Origin: a virus
DNA: 64,000 nt
Strand: one strand, 5' to 3'
Virus record (IMG/VR): IMGVR_UViG_3300045988_144119
Coordinates: 1-64,000 of that record
Below the pieces are notes generated by a model. The model was given only the letters and a program-made list of their open reading frames with translations. It was not told the DNA's origin and made no database searches. Positions within the stretch are counted from its first letter, which is position 1. Each line of letters starts with the position of its first letter. The translations under genes and the position numbers were made by a program. Below are positions 54,129 through 61,266 of the stretch, piece after piece.

Positions 54129-54350
54129 TTAGGGGTGATGTGGTTGAATGTTCAATTCGTTTTCTATAAATCTCTGTAACTTATGGGCACATTCCGAGCA
54201 TAAGTCGGCTTCTTGGATGAATATATCTTCCCTTCCACCAACAGAGCCGCCACCCCATTCGTCTATCTTGAAATCCAATCTTGCGCTGCGGAAATACGAT
54301 GGCTGTATCTCTCTTCCGCATGCATCACATATTATCGTTACTTTTTTCAT
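54129..54350 (-). CDS. Small zinc-ribbon protein (73 aa)
   Basis: CDACG...CSEC pairs. Confidence 0.5.
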   Translation of the reverse strand: MKKVTIICDACGREIQPSYFRSARLDFKIDEWGGGSVGGREDIFIQEADLCSECAHKLQRFIENELNIQPHHP

Positions 54351-54383
54351 ATTTTATTACTAAAAAGATTACGTTTCCCCCCC

Positions 54384-54611
54384 TTATAAATCCAATAGCT
54401 CACTAATGTTATCTATGACTTCCCCGTCTGTCAACGTATCATCCAGGATGATAGATTTAATCTGGTCTGAAAGCCATGATGTGCCATTTTCAAAACCAAG
54501 AGCAATCATGTCTTTAATATCGGAAACGCCATTCGGAACTCCGTTTGTCCCGAATAAATCAATTACTGATTCTGCATATTCTTTTGCTGCTTCTTCTAAT
54601 TTCTGTTTCAT
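54384..54611 (-). CDS. Hypothetical protein (75 aa)
   Basis: ORF in the leftward series, directly downstream of the recombinase gene. Confidence 0.5.
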   Translation of the reverse strand: MKQKLEEAAKEYAESVIDLFGTNGVPNGVSDIKDMIALGFENGTSWLSDQIKSIILDDTLTDGEVIDNISELLDL

Positions 54612-54630
54612 ATCTGCTATGTTTTGAGGG

Positions 54631-55551
54631 TCATTTAATTTTTAAGAAGTTGCTCATTCGCTCAATGCATCTTTGTTTTTGATTGAGATTGGGATGCACA
54701 TATAAATTGAGTGTGGTAGCGATATTCGAATGTCCAAGAATTACACTCACTGTCTTATAATCGCATTGACTTTCAATGCATCTGGTAGCAAATGTATGCC
54801 GGAGTCCATGAAACACAATGTGCGGAATATTCAGACGCTTCAAGAGCCGGGCAAAGAAATCACGGTAAGAACGGGGATCTTCCGGACGTCCTGATGTTCC
54901 TACTACAAATCGGGACGGAGATATTTTCTTTACTTCCTTCAAGGCAAAGAGAAGCTGTCTTGAGATAGGTATCTCCCGGTATGAATTTCGTGTTTTGGGA
55001 GAAGTGAAAGTCCTTTCCGTAGTTCTTGATTCGCAGTTGTATATCCTTCCTGCTGTATAACTAATGGTGATTACCTTCTGTCTGAAATCCACATCTTCCC
55101 ATCGCAGGGCACACACCTCTCCAATCCTCATGCCGGTACACAGAGACAGCAGAATGCCTATATTCTTAGGAGTTGGGGATTCGGTGAGATGGCTCATCAG
55201 TATCTGTTGATGGTTTAAGGACAAAGTAGGCAAACGGTGAGATTCGGTATCTGTAGGATAGTTTATCTCCCACTCCTCATAAGGGAATAACTTATGTTTC
55301 CCACCATACTTGACTATAGATTTCAGCACCGCCACAATATCCCTTACGGTTTTTTTAGCAAGACCAGAGGAAAGCTTGTAGAGAACAAATTTCTGAACGT
55401 CGCTTTCCGATATAGCTGTCGCCGTCCCATAATATGGGAGTAAATGGGTTTGAAGGGTAAGCATATACGCGCACATCGTGGCATGCTTTATAATGGGCTG
55501 CTTCGCAGCACTCCAAATCCTGGCGACTTCTTGAAATGTTTTAGTATTCAT
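54631..55551 (-). CDS. Tyrosine recombinase (XerC/D-like phage integrase family)
   Basis: LCTGMRIGEVCALRWEDVDF, HGLRHTFATRCI, LGHSNIATTLNLYVH give the complete R-H-R-Y catalytic signature. 306 aa. Confidence 0.9.
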   Translation of the reverse strand: MNTKTFQEVARIWSAAKQPIIKHATMCAYMLTLQTHLLPYYGTATAISESDVQKFVLYKLSSGLAKKTVRDIVAVLKSIVKYGGKHKLFPYEEWEINYPTDTESHRLPTLSLNHQQILMSHLTESPTPKNIGILLSLCTGMRIGEVCALRWEDVDFRQKVITISYTAGRIYNCESRTTERTFTSPKTRNSYREIPISRQLLFALKEVKKISPSRFVVGTSGRPEDPRSYRDFFARLLKRLNIPHIVFHGLRHTFATRCIESQCDYKTVSVILGHSNIATTLNLYVHPNLNQKQRCIERMSNFLKIK

Positions 55552-55563
55552 TTCTGTTCTGAT

Positions 55564-55908
55564 TTACATTAATTCAATTATAACCTTCTTAAAATTAACA
55601 TATAAAGGCATTTCTGACATGCCCCCATTGTAATCCAACTGTCTTAAAGAGGGGACAACCTCTCCGTTATCATCAATCTCATAGTCTGCAATATAGGCTA
55701 ACTTCTTCGCTTCGGGGACCAATATCCTTTCATTGCTCAAAGGAGAAAACCTTTCATGGGACGGGACCGTTATACAGACCTTGCTTCCAATAGGGAGTCC
55801 TTGGTTGGATTCAATGTATTCCTTTTCCAACTTCTCCTTTTCGCCGTTCAATTCTTTTAGCGTTAAATCGATGGCATCTCTTTTGCTCAGAAATTCTTCC
55901 TTATTCAT
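55564..55908 (-). CDS. Hypothetical protein (114 aa)
   Basis: ORF in the leftward series. Confidence 0.55.
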   Translation of the reverse strand: MNKEEFLSKRDAIDLTLKELNGEKEKLEKEYIESNQGLPIGSKVCITVPSHERFSPLSNERILVPEAKKLAYIADYEIDDNGEVVPSLRQLDYNGGMSEMPLYVNFKKVIIELM

Positions 55909-55920
55909 GTTTTTGTCATT

Positions 55921-56403
55921 CTAATTGATTCTAACATACTTACCTGCTATATTACAAGTCCTTAATATCTCCGCATTATCCTCGCCAAAAGCGATTAAGA
56001 TGGAACCACAACCGGGTGAATCTCCACGAGTCCCGTCCGGGCGAAAGAAACGAATCCTATTGCGCAAAAACTTCATCGCCGTTGCTTTTTCAAAAATTGT
56101 GTCTTGAAACATCTTTGAATCGCAGCGATTGAAAAGTAAAGCGATACCGTTTCCATGCTCTGCCATCCTGCTGATGAATTTTTCAATTAGAGGCCGGGAA
56201 TAAGGCGGGTTTAGCCATACACGGCCTTTCCATTCCTGTTTTAACCCATCAACGTTTTTATTATACATCACCTTAGCTGTTTGCCATAGTGGGTTGACCG
56301 GGGCACACGGATCTAAATCAAATTCACCCAACGCTTCTATAATCTCCTTCGGCGTATACCATTCATCGGTAGCGCATGCTGACCGTTCAAATTGTGTATT
56401 CAT
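55921..56403 (-). CDS. dam: DNA N6-adenine methyltransferase (phage Dam family)
   Basis: DEWYTPKEIIEALGEFDLDPCA ... WLNPPYSR contains the NPPY catalytic motif. Confidence 0.8.
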   Translation of the reverse strand: MNTQFERSACATDEWYTPKEIIEALGEFDLDPCAPVNPLWQTAKVMYNKNVDGLKQEWKGRVWLNPPYSRPLIEKFISRMAEHGNGIALLFNRCDSKMFQDTIFEKATAMKFLRNRIRFFRPDGTRGDSPGCGSILIAFGEDNAEILRTCNIAGKYVRIN

Positions 56404-56415
56404 TCCTGATCTGTT

Positions 56416-56816
56416 TTACTCTAATTGTTTATCGAAAATCTTAATACATTCAAATAAATAGTGCGCAATTATAGGTTGTACTGCATTGCCTATACACTCC
56501 GTTCTGTCCACCCTATCGGGAAGTTCATTAGACTTTCCAGCAAATCGGGGTGAGGGTATTGACTGTCTTGTTCTCCATCCCGGATATACTCGTGTATATT
56601 GCCCCGATAGGTAGGGCTCCCGAAATATCGATTCTTGGATGCTCCTCTTGCCGTTGACTTCACAGGAGTAGGCAATACAATATAATCGCTCCCGACCCTG
56701 TTGTATACCAAAGTCGGTGCCTGATAAACATTGCCATTCTGCATCATACCCGATTTCGGAAAGGTCGCATAAGACCCGTTCAAATCCCCGAATAAGGAGC
56801 ATTGGACTGTTTTCAA
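56416..56816 (-). pseudogene. 5'-truncated, frame-disrupted DNA cytosine-5 methyltransferase remnant
   Basis: One frame carries IGYDAEWQCLSGTDFGIQQGRERLYCIAY (motif VIII-like) and IGNAVQPIIA (motif X). The overlapping frame carries LPTP and LMNFPIGWT (motif IX-like). No FxGxG or PCQ motifs are present upstream. Confidence 0.55.
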
Positions 56817-56833
56817 TGATGATGTATTTAGGT

Positions 56834-57724
56834 CTAACTTCCCGTATAACTCATTAGATTTTTATTAACACTATTTTCATGGCATATTTCTCTAAACATT
56901 AATTGATATTTTGGTTTTATTAAATAATAAGCAAAAGTTTCAATTAAATCAACATCATCGTTTGTTCTACCTTGTATTTTGAAATGATTGATCCCTAAAT
57001 TTAAATAAGTATTAATCATATCAATTGTTACAACTTGTGGAGCATTTAATATTTCATAAAGATTACCATTACCGCAATAGCTTTCATGAATACATTTAAA
57101 CGTAATATCATTGTTATTTATATTTAAATTAGATATATGTTCATAATGATTTTTTCTTGATTTACAATTGTTAGGACAAATTGTATTAACAATTATTTCA
57201 AGTTTATTACGAGTATGTTCTGGAAATAATGATATAGTTTTCCAGTCATTTATCATATATTCACTTAATACTATACGTTTATATTGATCTGTCTTTTTTA
57301 TAATAGCTTCAAAATCAAAGCAAGCGGTAGTTGATAATATAAACTGTCCTCTTCTTATACCTTGATTTTCTAGCCATTTTTCAATATATAAATTAGAAAG
57401 ACAAAAATAAGTATTTTTCTTATCAAATGTTGTTATAATTCGTGATGCATAATCATCTGGAAAGTATTGTTCGTTAGCAAATAGATTACTCATAATGATA
57501 GTTGGACATAAATTATGTTCTTTACAAAAATTTTCAACTTCTTTTTCATTGTTGAAATGTCCACTATTTCGTCCGCCATTTGCTACTCCACCATTAGATC
57601 CATAAAAAGATGATATAATAAAGTTATCACGAAAAATATATGGATAATTTTCATATAATAAAATAGTTTGTTTTACTATATGAAATTTTTCAAATAGTCC
57701 TGGAAGATTAAAATAAACTTTCAT
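56834..57724 (-). CDS. Low-GC 296-aa protein, weakly U32-peptidase-family-like
   Basis: GINHFKIQGRTNDD resembles the U32 KIEGR segment, and a Cys pair is present in ICPNNCKSRK. It is markedly more AT-rich than the flanking genes. The assignment is tentative. Confidence 0.35.
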   Translation of the reverse strand: MKVYFNLPGLFEKFHIVKQTILLYENYPYIFRDNFIISSFYGSNGGVANGGRNSGHFNNEKEVENFCKEHNLCPTIIMSNLFANEQYFPDDYASRIITTFDKKNTYFCLSNLYIEKWLENQGIRRGQFILSTTACFDFEAIIKKTDQYKRIVLSEYMINDWKTISLFPEHTRNKLEIIVNTICPNNCKSRKNHYEHISNLNINNNDITFKCIHESYCGNGNLYEILNAPQVVTIDMINTYLNLGINHFKIQGRTNDDVDLIETFAYYLIKPKYQLMFREICHENSVNKNLMSYTGS

Positions 57725-57764
57725 AAATTTTTGATAATTTTGAAGTTAATTTTATAAAAAGTAA

Positions 57765-57835
57765 TGGTAATAGGAGGGAGATTCGAACTCCCTTCTCTCT
57801 TAAGAGACTTCACTACCACGCAAAGTTTTCCTATT
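57765..57835 (-). ncRNA. tRNA-like element with an encoded CCA and only a 4-bp/4-nt mini-hairpin in place of the anticodon arm
   Basis: Acceptor AATAGGA/TCCTATT (7 bp), D-arm ACTT-TGCGTGGTAGTG-AAGT, stub CTCT-TAAG-AGAG, T-arm GGGAG-TTCGAAT-CTCCC, discriminator A, then CCA. Confidence 0.55.
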
Positions 57836-57839
57836 CCAG

Positions 57840-57977
57840 CTTTTTACGACATTAGCTTAGCCGTTGACTTATCGTATTACGCTGTAACACGAGTATAGTC
57901 TGTTACGAAAGATTTGTCATTTCTGACGTCTATTGACCTATTCATTTTCATCTTCGCTGTCAAAACCAGATAGCCCC
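57840..57977 (-). ncRNA. tmRNA-like 5' (coding-piece-like) segment
   Basis: Minus-strand GGGGCTATCTGGTTTTGACAGCGAAG... begins at 57977, matching a tmRNA 5' acceptor strand plus D-loop analogue. A short open frame ends DYTRVTA-TAA at 57877. The 3' limit is uncertain. Confidence 0.45.
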
Positions 57978-58061
57978 TTCGTTGTTTCTTTGTTATCGTA
58001 GTGAAACGCCACGGTCAGAAAGTTCTATGTCCTGATTTTACAAGATACTTTGCAAAGTAAT

Positions 58062-58120
58062 TTGTGGAGCTAGAGGGAGTCGAACCCTCGTCCAAACGAT
58101 TCATCTAATGACCTAACAGT
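58062..58120 (-). ncRNA. tmRNA-like 3' (acceptor-piece-like) segment
   Basis: Minus-strand ...TCATTAGATGAATCGTTTGGACGAGGGTTCGACTCCCTCTAGCTCCA(CAA) gives a T-arm (58073-58089), a 3' acceptor strand (58066-58072) and discriminator A (58065). Confidence 0.5.
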
Positions 58121-58420
58121 CAATATAGTAGTATATAGTTAAATCAATAACTATATACTTAAATATAATAAACTGTAGGTAAGTATAATAAAAATAATAA
58201 TCGGAAATATACTTATTAAATATAAAGGCAGATGCTTACTCTATATTTAAAGATTTACTTCTATATCTAATAATAGCGTCAATTATTACTTTACTATAGG
58301 CTCTAGGCTCGCTTACTCTACAGTTTTAAATAGGCTTTGATTGCATGTATAGTATAGCAAGTGCTCACGCAGAACGGACTCGATTGAACTATAGGCATAA
58401 AGCTCTCTATACATATACAA
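58121..58420. repeat. AT-rich array of TATAG(A)(A)GTAA-type short repeats in both orientations
   Basis: On the minus strand: CTGTAGAGTAAGC, CTATAGTAAAGTAA, ATATAGAAGTAAA, ATATAGAGTAAGC. On the plus strand: inverted AACTGTAGGTAAGTA (58171-58185). There is no ORF of 60 aa or more. Confidence 0.55.
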
Positions 58421-58438
58421 TTTGATTTTGTGTACATC

Positions 58439-58684
58439 TTATTGAATATTCTGATTAATGTAATCCACAATCTTTTCCAATCTACTTAAAGAAAACAAAT
58501 GATTATTAAGCGTTCGCTTGCCTTCTTTCCATTCGTAAAATAATTGATAATATGGTGGATTGAGTGTCCGGTCAACCTTTATGCGATATTGATTAGTACC
58601 ATATTCAGTTATAAGATTCTCAATATATTCGTCCGAATTTTCTAAATCAGTAACAAATACCATCTTATCAGTAGTAAGTATCAT
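58439..58684 (-). CDS. Hypothetical protein (81 aa)
   Basis: ORF in the leftward series, the last gene before the RNA island. Confidence 0.5.
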   Translation of the reverse strand: MILTTDKMVFVTDLENSDEYIENLITEYGTNQYRIKVDRTLNPPYYQLFYEWKEGKRTLNNHLFSLSRLEKIVDYINQNIQ

Positions 58685-58706
58685 CTTTTAGTTCCTTTCT
58701 AATTTG

Positions 58707-59201
58707 TTATGCGTCATTTGATAGCTTCATAAAACACATCCATATTGTTTTGCTCTGCCTTCCGGTAGTATGGTCAAACAACGGTTTGAACGGAATAACA
58801 GACAAAACTTCCGCAGCTTTTATCTGACTCTCGTTCCATTTGAATACAAGTGTACCGTTAGGCTTCAAGACGCGCATACACTCAGTAAATCCATCGTGTA
58901 TGAGTGACTGCCAGTCTTTCGGTAGTTTCCCGTACTTCTTAGCCATCCATGAGGTTTCGCCAAGTGTTTTCAAATGTGGCGGATCAAACACCACCATGTA
59001 AAAAGAATTGTCCTCAAACGGCAAGTGGGTGAAATCGGCTATTATATCCGGTTTTATCTCTATGGTTCTGATTTTATCCCTGTCCTTGGCAGTTACTACC
59101 TCCGATCTCTTATCAACGAATAAGGTAAGAGGATTATGTTTGTCAAACCAAAACATCCTACTGCCACAGCAGGCGTCTAATATGATCTTTGTTCCAGTCA
59201 T
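58707..59201 (-). CDS. SAM-dependent methyltransferase (probable DNA N6A/N4C methyltransferase)
   Basis: ILDACCGSRMFWFDK (SAM-binding-like) and VVFDPPHL (a DPPH variant of the DPPY/NPPY motif). Confidence 0.6.
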   Translation of the reverse strand: MTGTKIILDACCGSRMFWFDKHNPLTLFVDKRSEVVTAKDRDKIRTIEIKPDIIADFTHLPFEDNSFYMVVFDPPHLKTLGETSWMAKKYGKLPKDWQSLIHDGFTECMRVLKPNGTLVFKWNESQIKAAEVLSVIPFKPLFDHTTGRQSKTIWMCFMKLSNDA

Positions 59202-59231
59202 TTTTATATTGTTTTTAATTAATTACTTCCG

Positions 59232-60521
59232 CTAAACCTCCTTAAGCTCTCCATTGACTAGCATATACCATGTATCAGCCTTAACCTTTTTCCCGTCAAC
59301 TTCAAATGCCTTAACCTCTTTAATCGGGTAGGTATCACCGTTCCATTCTCCACGCTCTGCGAGGACTATCCAGCAACCTATAGCTCCCTTAGCCTTACAC
59401 CCGTATCCGGCAGCAAGAGCAATGCTATCCTTGCCTGTGGCTGATGCTGCACCTTGGTTGCCTGTGGCTGATGCTGCACCTCGGTAGCCTGTGGCTGATG
59501 CTGCACCTTGGTAGCCTGTGGCTGATGCTGCACCTTGGTTGCCTGTGGCTGATGCTGCACCTCGGTAGCCTGTGGCTGATGCTGCACCTTGGTAGCCTGT
59601 GGCTGATGCTGCACCTTGGTTGCCTGTGGCTGATGCTGCACCTCGGTAGCCTGTGGCTGATGCTGCACCTTGGTAGCCTGTGGCTGATGCTGCACCTTGG
59701 TTGCCTGTGGCTGATGCTGCACCTCGGTAGCCTGTGGCTGATGCTGCACCTTGGTAGCCTGTGGCTGATGCTGCACCTTGGTCACCTGTGGCTGACTTAC
59801 CCTTCTTCCACTTGCATTTTTCAAACGTAAACTTAACGGCTGCGTCTACAATACTCTTAATACTTAGTTCCGCTCCTATGTGGATTTTTGAGCAAGCAAT
59901 TTTCGTATCATCCGTATCTACGTCCATATCGCCAGTTCCCTCAACCTCGTGAAACTTATTCATACCAACTTCGGCAGGTGGATAGTAACTGAACACGTCC
60001 AACGGATGGAGGCAGAAGTGAAATCCGTTACCGCAAGCTCTTATATCGCCTGTTTCTTCATAGTCCTTACCTTCTTTGTATTGGAAATCCCTACATGTCA
60101 AATCGGGGTTAAAACCTTTGTAGCCTTTGATTTTGACAAATTCCTTTGGTAAGGTAACGTTATCCGGCAGGTTTGCCCTAAGTACCATGTACGCCATGTA
60201 GCCGGCGTCAAATCCGGCTATCCCGGTGCCAATGGCAGTTAGGAGGAATTCCTTTTCCAGATGCTCGTTAGCGTAATTCCCGAAGTTCCCTAAAAATACG
60301 ATCAGCTCTTCTTCAGTTACTTTCTGCATATCCTTGTCCAGCGTAGGGATAGCATAGGACTGACCTTGTATCCCTTTTGCTTTCCCCATAATTGCACCAA
60401 ACTTCTCAACTGCCAATCTAGCTGCACCTCCGGCGTGATTGCCGTTCATGTTGCTTCCAAAAACGAATATTTGATTTTCTTTCAGTTCCTGAATATTCTC
60501 AGGCGTTAATTCTCTTTTCAT
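59232..60521 (-). CDS. Multidomain protein: FGSN..HAGGAA Rossmann-like N-domain, GFHFC domain and 13 nonapeptide repeats
   Basis: N-terminal motif [20 protein letters not shown]...SYAIPT. Middle region [22 protein letters not shown]...[18 protein letters not shown]. Then (ATG-x-x-GAAS) repeated 13 times. Confidence 0.7.
   Translation of the reverse strand: MKRELTPENIQELKENQIFVFGSNMNGNHAGGAARLAVEKFGAIMGKAKGIQGQSYAIPTLDKDMQKVTEEELIVFLGNFGNYANEHLEKEFLLTAIGTGIAGFDAGYMAYMVLRANLPDNVTLPKEFVKIKGYKGFNPDLTCRDFQYKEGKDYEETGDIRACGNGFHFCLHPLDVFSYYPPAEVGMNKFHEVEGTGDMDVDTDDTKIACSKIHIGAELSIKSIVDAAVKFTFEKCKWKKGKSATGDQGAASATGYQGAASATGYRGAASATGNQGAASATGYQGAASATGYRGAASATGNQGAASATGYQGAASATGYRGAASATGNQGAASATGYQGAASATGYRGAASATGNQGAASATGKDSIALAAGYGCKAKGAIGCWIVLAERGEWNGDTYPIKEVKAFEVDGKKVKADTWYMLVNGELKEV
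59433..59783. repeat. In-frame tandem repeat: 13 x 27 nt, organised as a perfect 81-nt higher-order unit repeated 4 times
   Basis: Plus-strand units GCCTGTGGCTGATGCTGCACCTTGGTT / ...CCTCGGTA / ...CCTTGGTA alternate exactly. They encode SATGNQGAA / SATGYRGAA / SATGYQGAA. Confidence 0.9.
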
Positions 60522-60551
60522 GATTCTTCCTTGTTTCTGTATTACTTTTAA

Positions 60552-60902
60552 TTAATGGTTTCTACAAACTTCTCTAGGTTTCCACTCTGACGGTACTTTA
60601 GCCCACTCTCTGAATGCCTTATCAAATCCATCAAGGTCAGAGAACATATCCATCTTGGCGGTATCAGTAGTAATGAGGGTGGAGAACTCCTTGAAATACT
60701 TATCGGCAACTTTTACGAAGTCATTGTGCAACTTTTTTAAATCTCCAAGCAGAAGGGAGTTCTCTGCCATTAAATCGCTCGCTTCCTCTACTAAGTTATT
60801 GGCTTCGCAATTCAACAGGTGAGCGGCTGAAAGCAGCATATTCAATCTATCTATGCTACCATTGGCTATGGCGGCATCTATTATTTTTTTCTTTGGTTTC
60901 AT
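60552..60902 (-). CDS. Hypothetical protein (116 aa)
   Basis: ORF in the leftward series. Confidence 0.55.
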   Translation of the reverse strand: MKPKKKIIDAAIANGSIDRLNMLLSAAHLLNCEANNLVEEASDLMAENSLLLGDLKKLHNDFVKVADKYFKEFSTLITTDTAKMDMFSDLDGFDKAFREWAKVPSEWKPREVCRNH

Positions 60903-60914
60903 AATTGTATATTT

Positions 60915-61079
60915 TCACTTTACATTTCCTTTCATGCGGTTAATACTTTCGTTCTCCTTTTTATTAATTTTGTCAATCCACCTTTGGAATTTGGCAGCTA
61001 CAAGAGGGCAGTGTATGCGCAGGTTTCTGTCGCGTTCCGCTTCCCATTCACGTATCTTTCTCTGCATCTCGGTATTCAT
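60915..61079 (-). CDS. Hypothetical small basic protein (~54 aa)
   Basis: The track ORF runs 60915-61127. The internal start MNTEMQRKIREWE at 61079 avoids overlap with the upstream zinc-ribbon ORF. Confidence 0.4.
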   Translation of the reverse strand: MNTEMQRKIREWEAERDRNLRIHCPLVAAKFQRWIDKINKKENESINRMKGNVK

Positions 61080-61096
61080 AAATTTCTCCTTTTTCG

Positions 61097-61264
61097 TTAT
61101 AATTCTTTCTTTAGAAAACTGTTGCAAATTTGCCCATATCTGTCACAGGCACACACTCTATGCCCTTTAGCCTTACAATACGCAGAATTATCCCCGAAGT
61201 CCGAGGCATTCTTGCAATTCCGGCATTTGACATATACAATTTCCGGTTTGACTTTCTTTGGCAT
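61097..61264 (-). CDS. Small zinc-ribbon protein (55 aa, below the ORF-track cutoff)
   Basis: Hand translation gives MPKKVKPEIVYVKCRNCKNASDFGDNSAYCKAKGHRVCACDRYGQICNSFLKKEL. Its ATG lies 2 nt after the dnaB stop. Confidence 0.45.
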   Translation of the reverse strand: MPKKVKPEIVYVKCRNCKNASDFGDNSAYCKAKGHRVCACDRYGQICNSFLKKEL

Positions 61265-61266
61265 AC

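Noticed and set aside
56416-56816. Two genuine overlapping genes (56416-56802 and 56490-56816).
   Set aside because: Both frames carry pieces of one C5-methyltransferase motif series and neither has motifs I-IV. This is best explained as a truncated, frame-disrupted remnant. I could not decide by eye which frame is ancestral in the 56660-56800 overlap.
57765-57835. A functional tRNA gene.
   Set aside because: The acceptor, D and T arms are good. However, only 14 nt lie between the D-stem and T-stem, so no 5-bp/7-nt anticodon arm can form. It is reported as a tRNA-like element instead.
58041-58056. A Bacteroides promoter (TTTG ... TATCTTGT) in the spacer between the two tmRNA-like pieces.
   Set aside because: The two boxes are only about 5 nt apart instead of about 19-21 nt, and the -7 box is imperfect.
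59433-59783. A regular 27-nt repeat array that could superficially be taken for a CRISPR array.
   Set aside because: The units are contiguous with no spacers, lie in frame within a 429-aa ORF and encode a nonapeptide repeat. No cas genes are present in the window.
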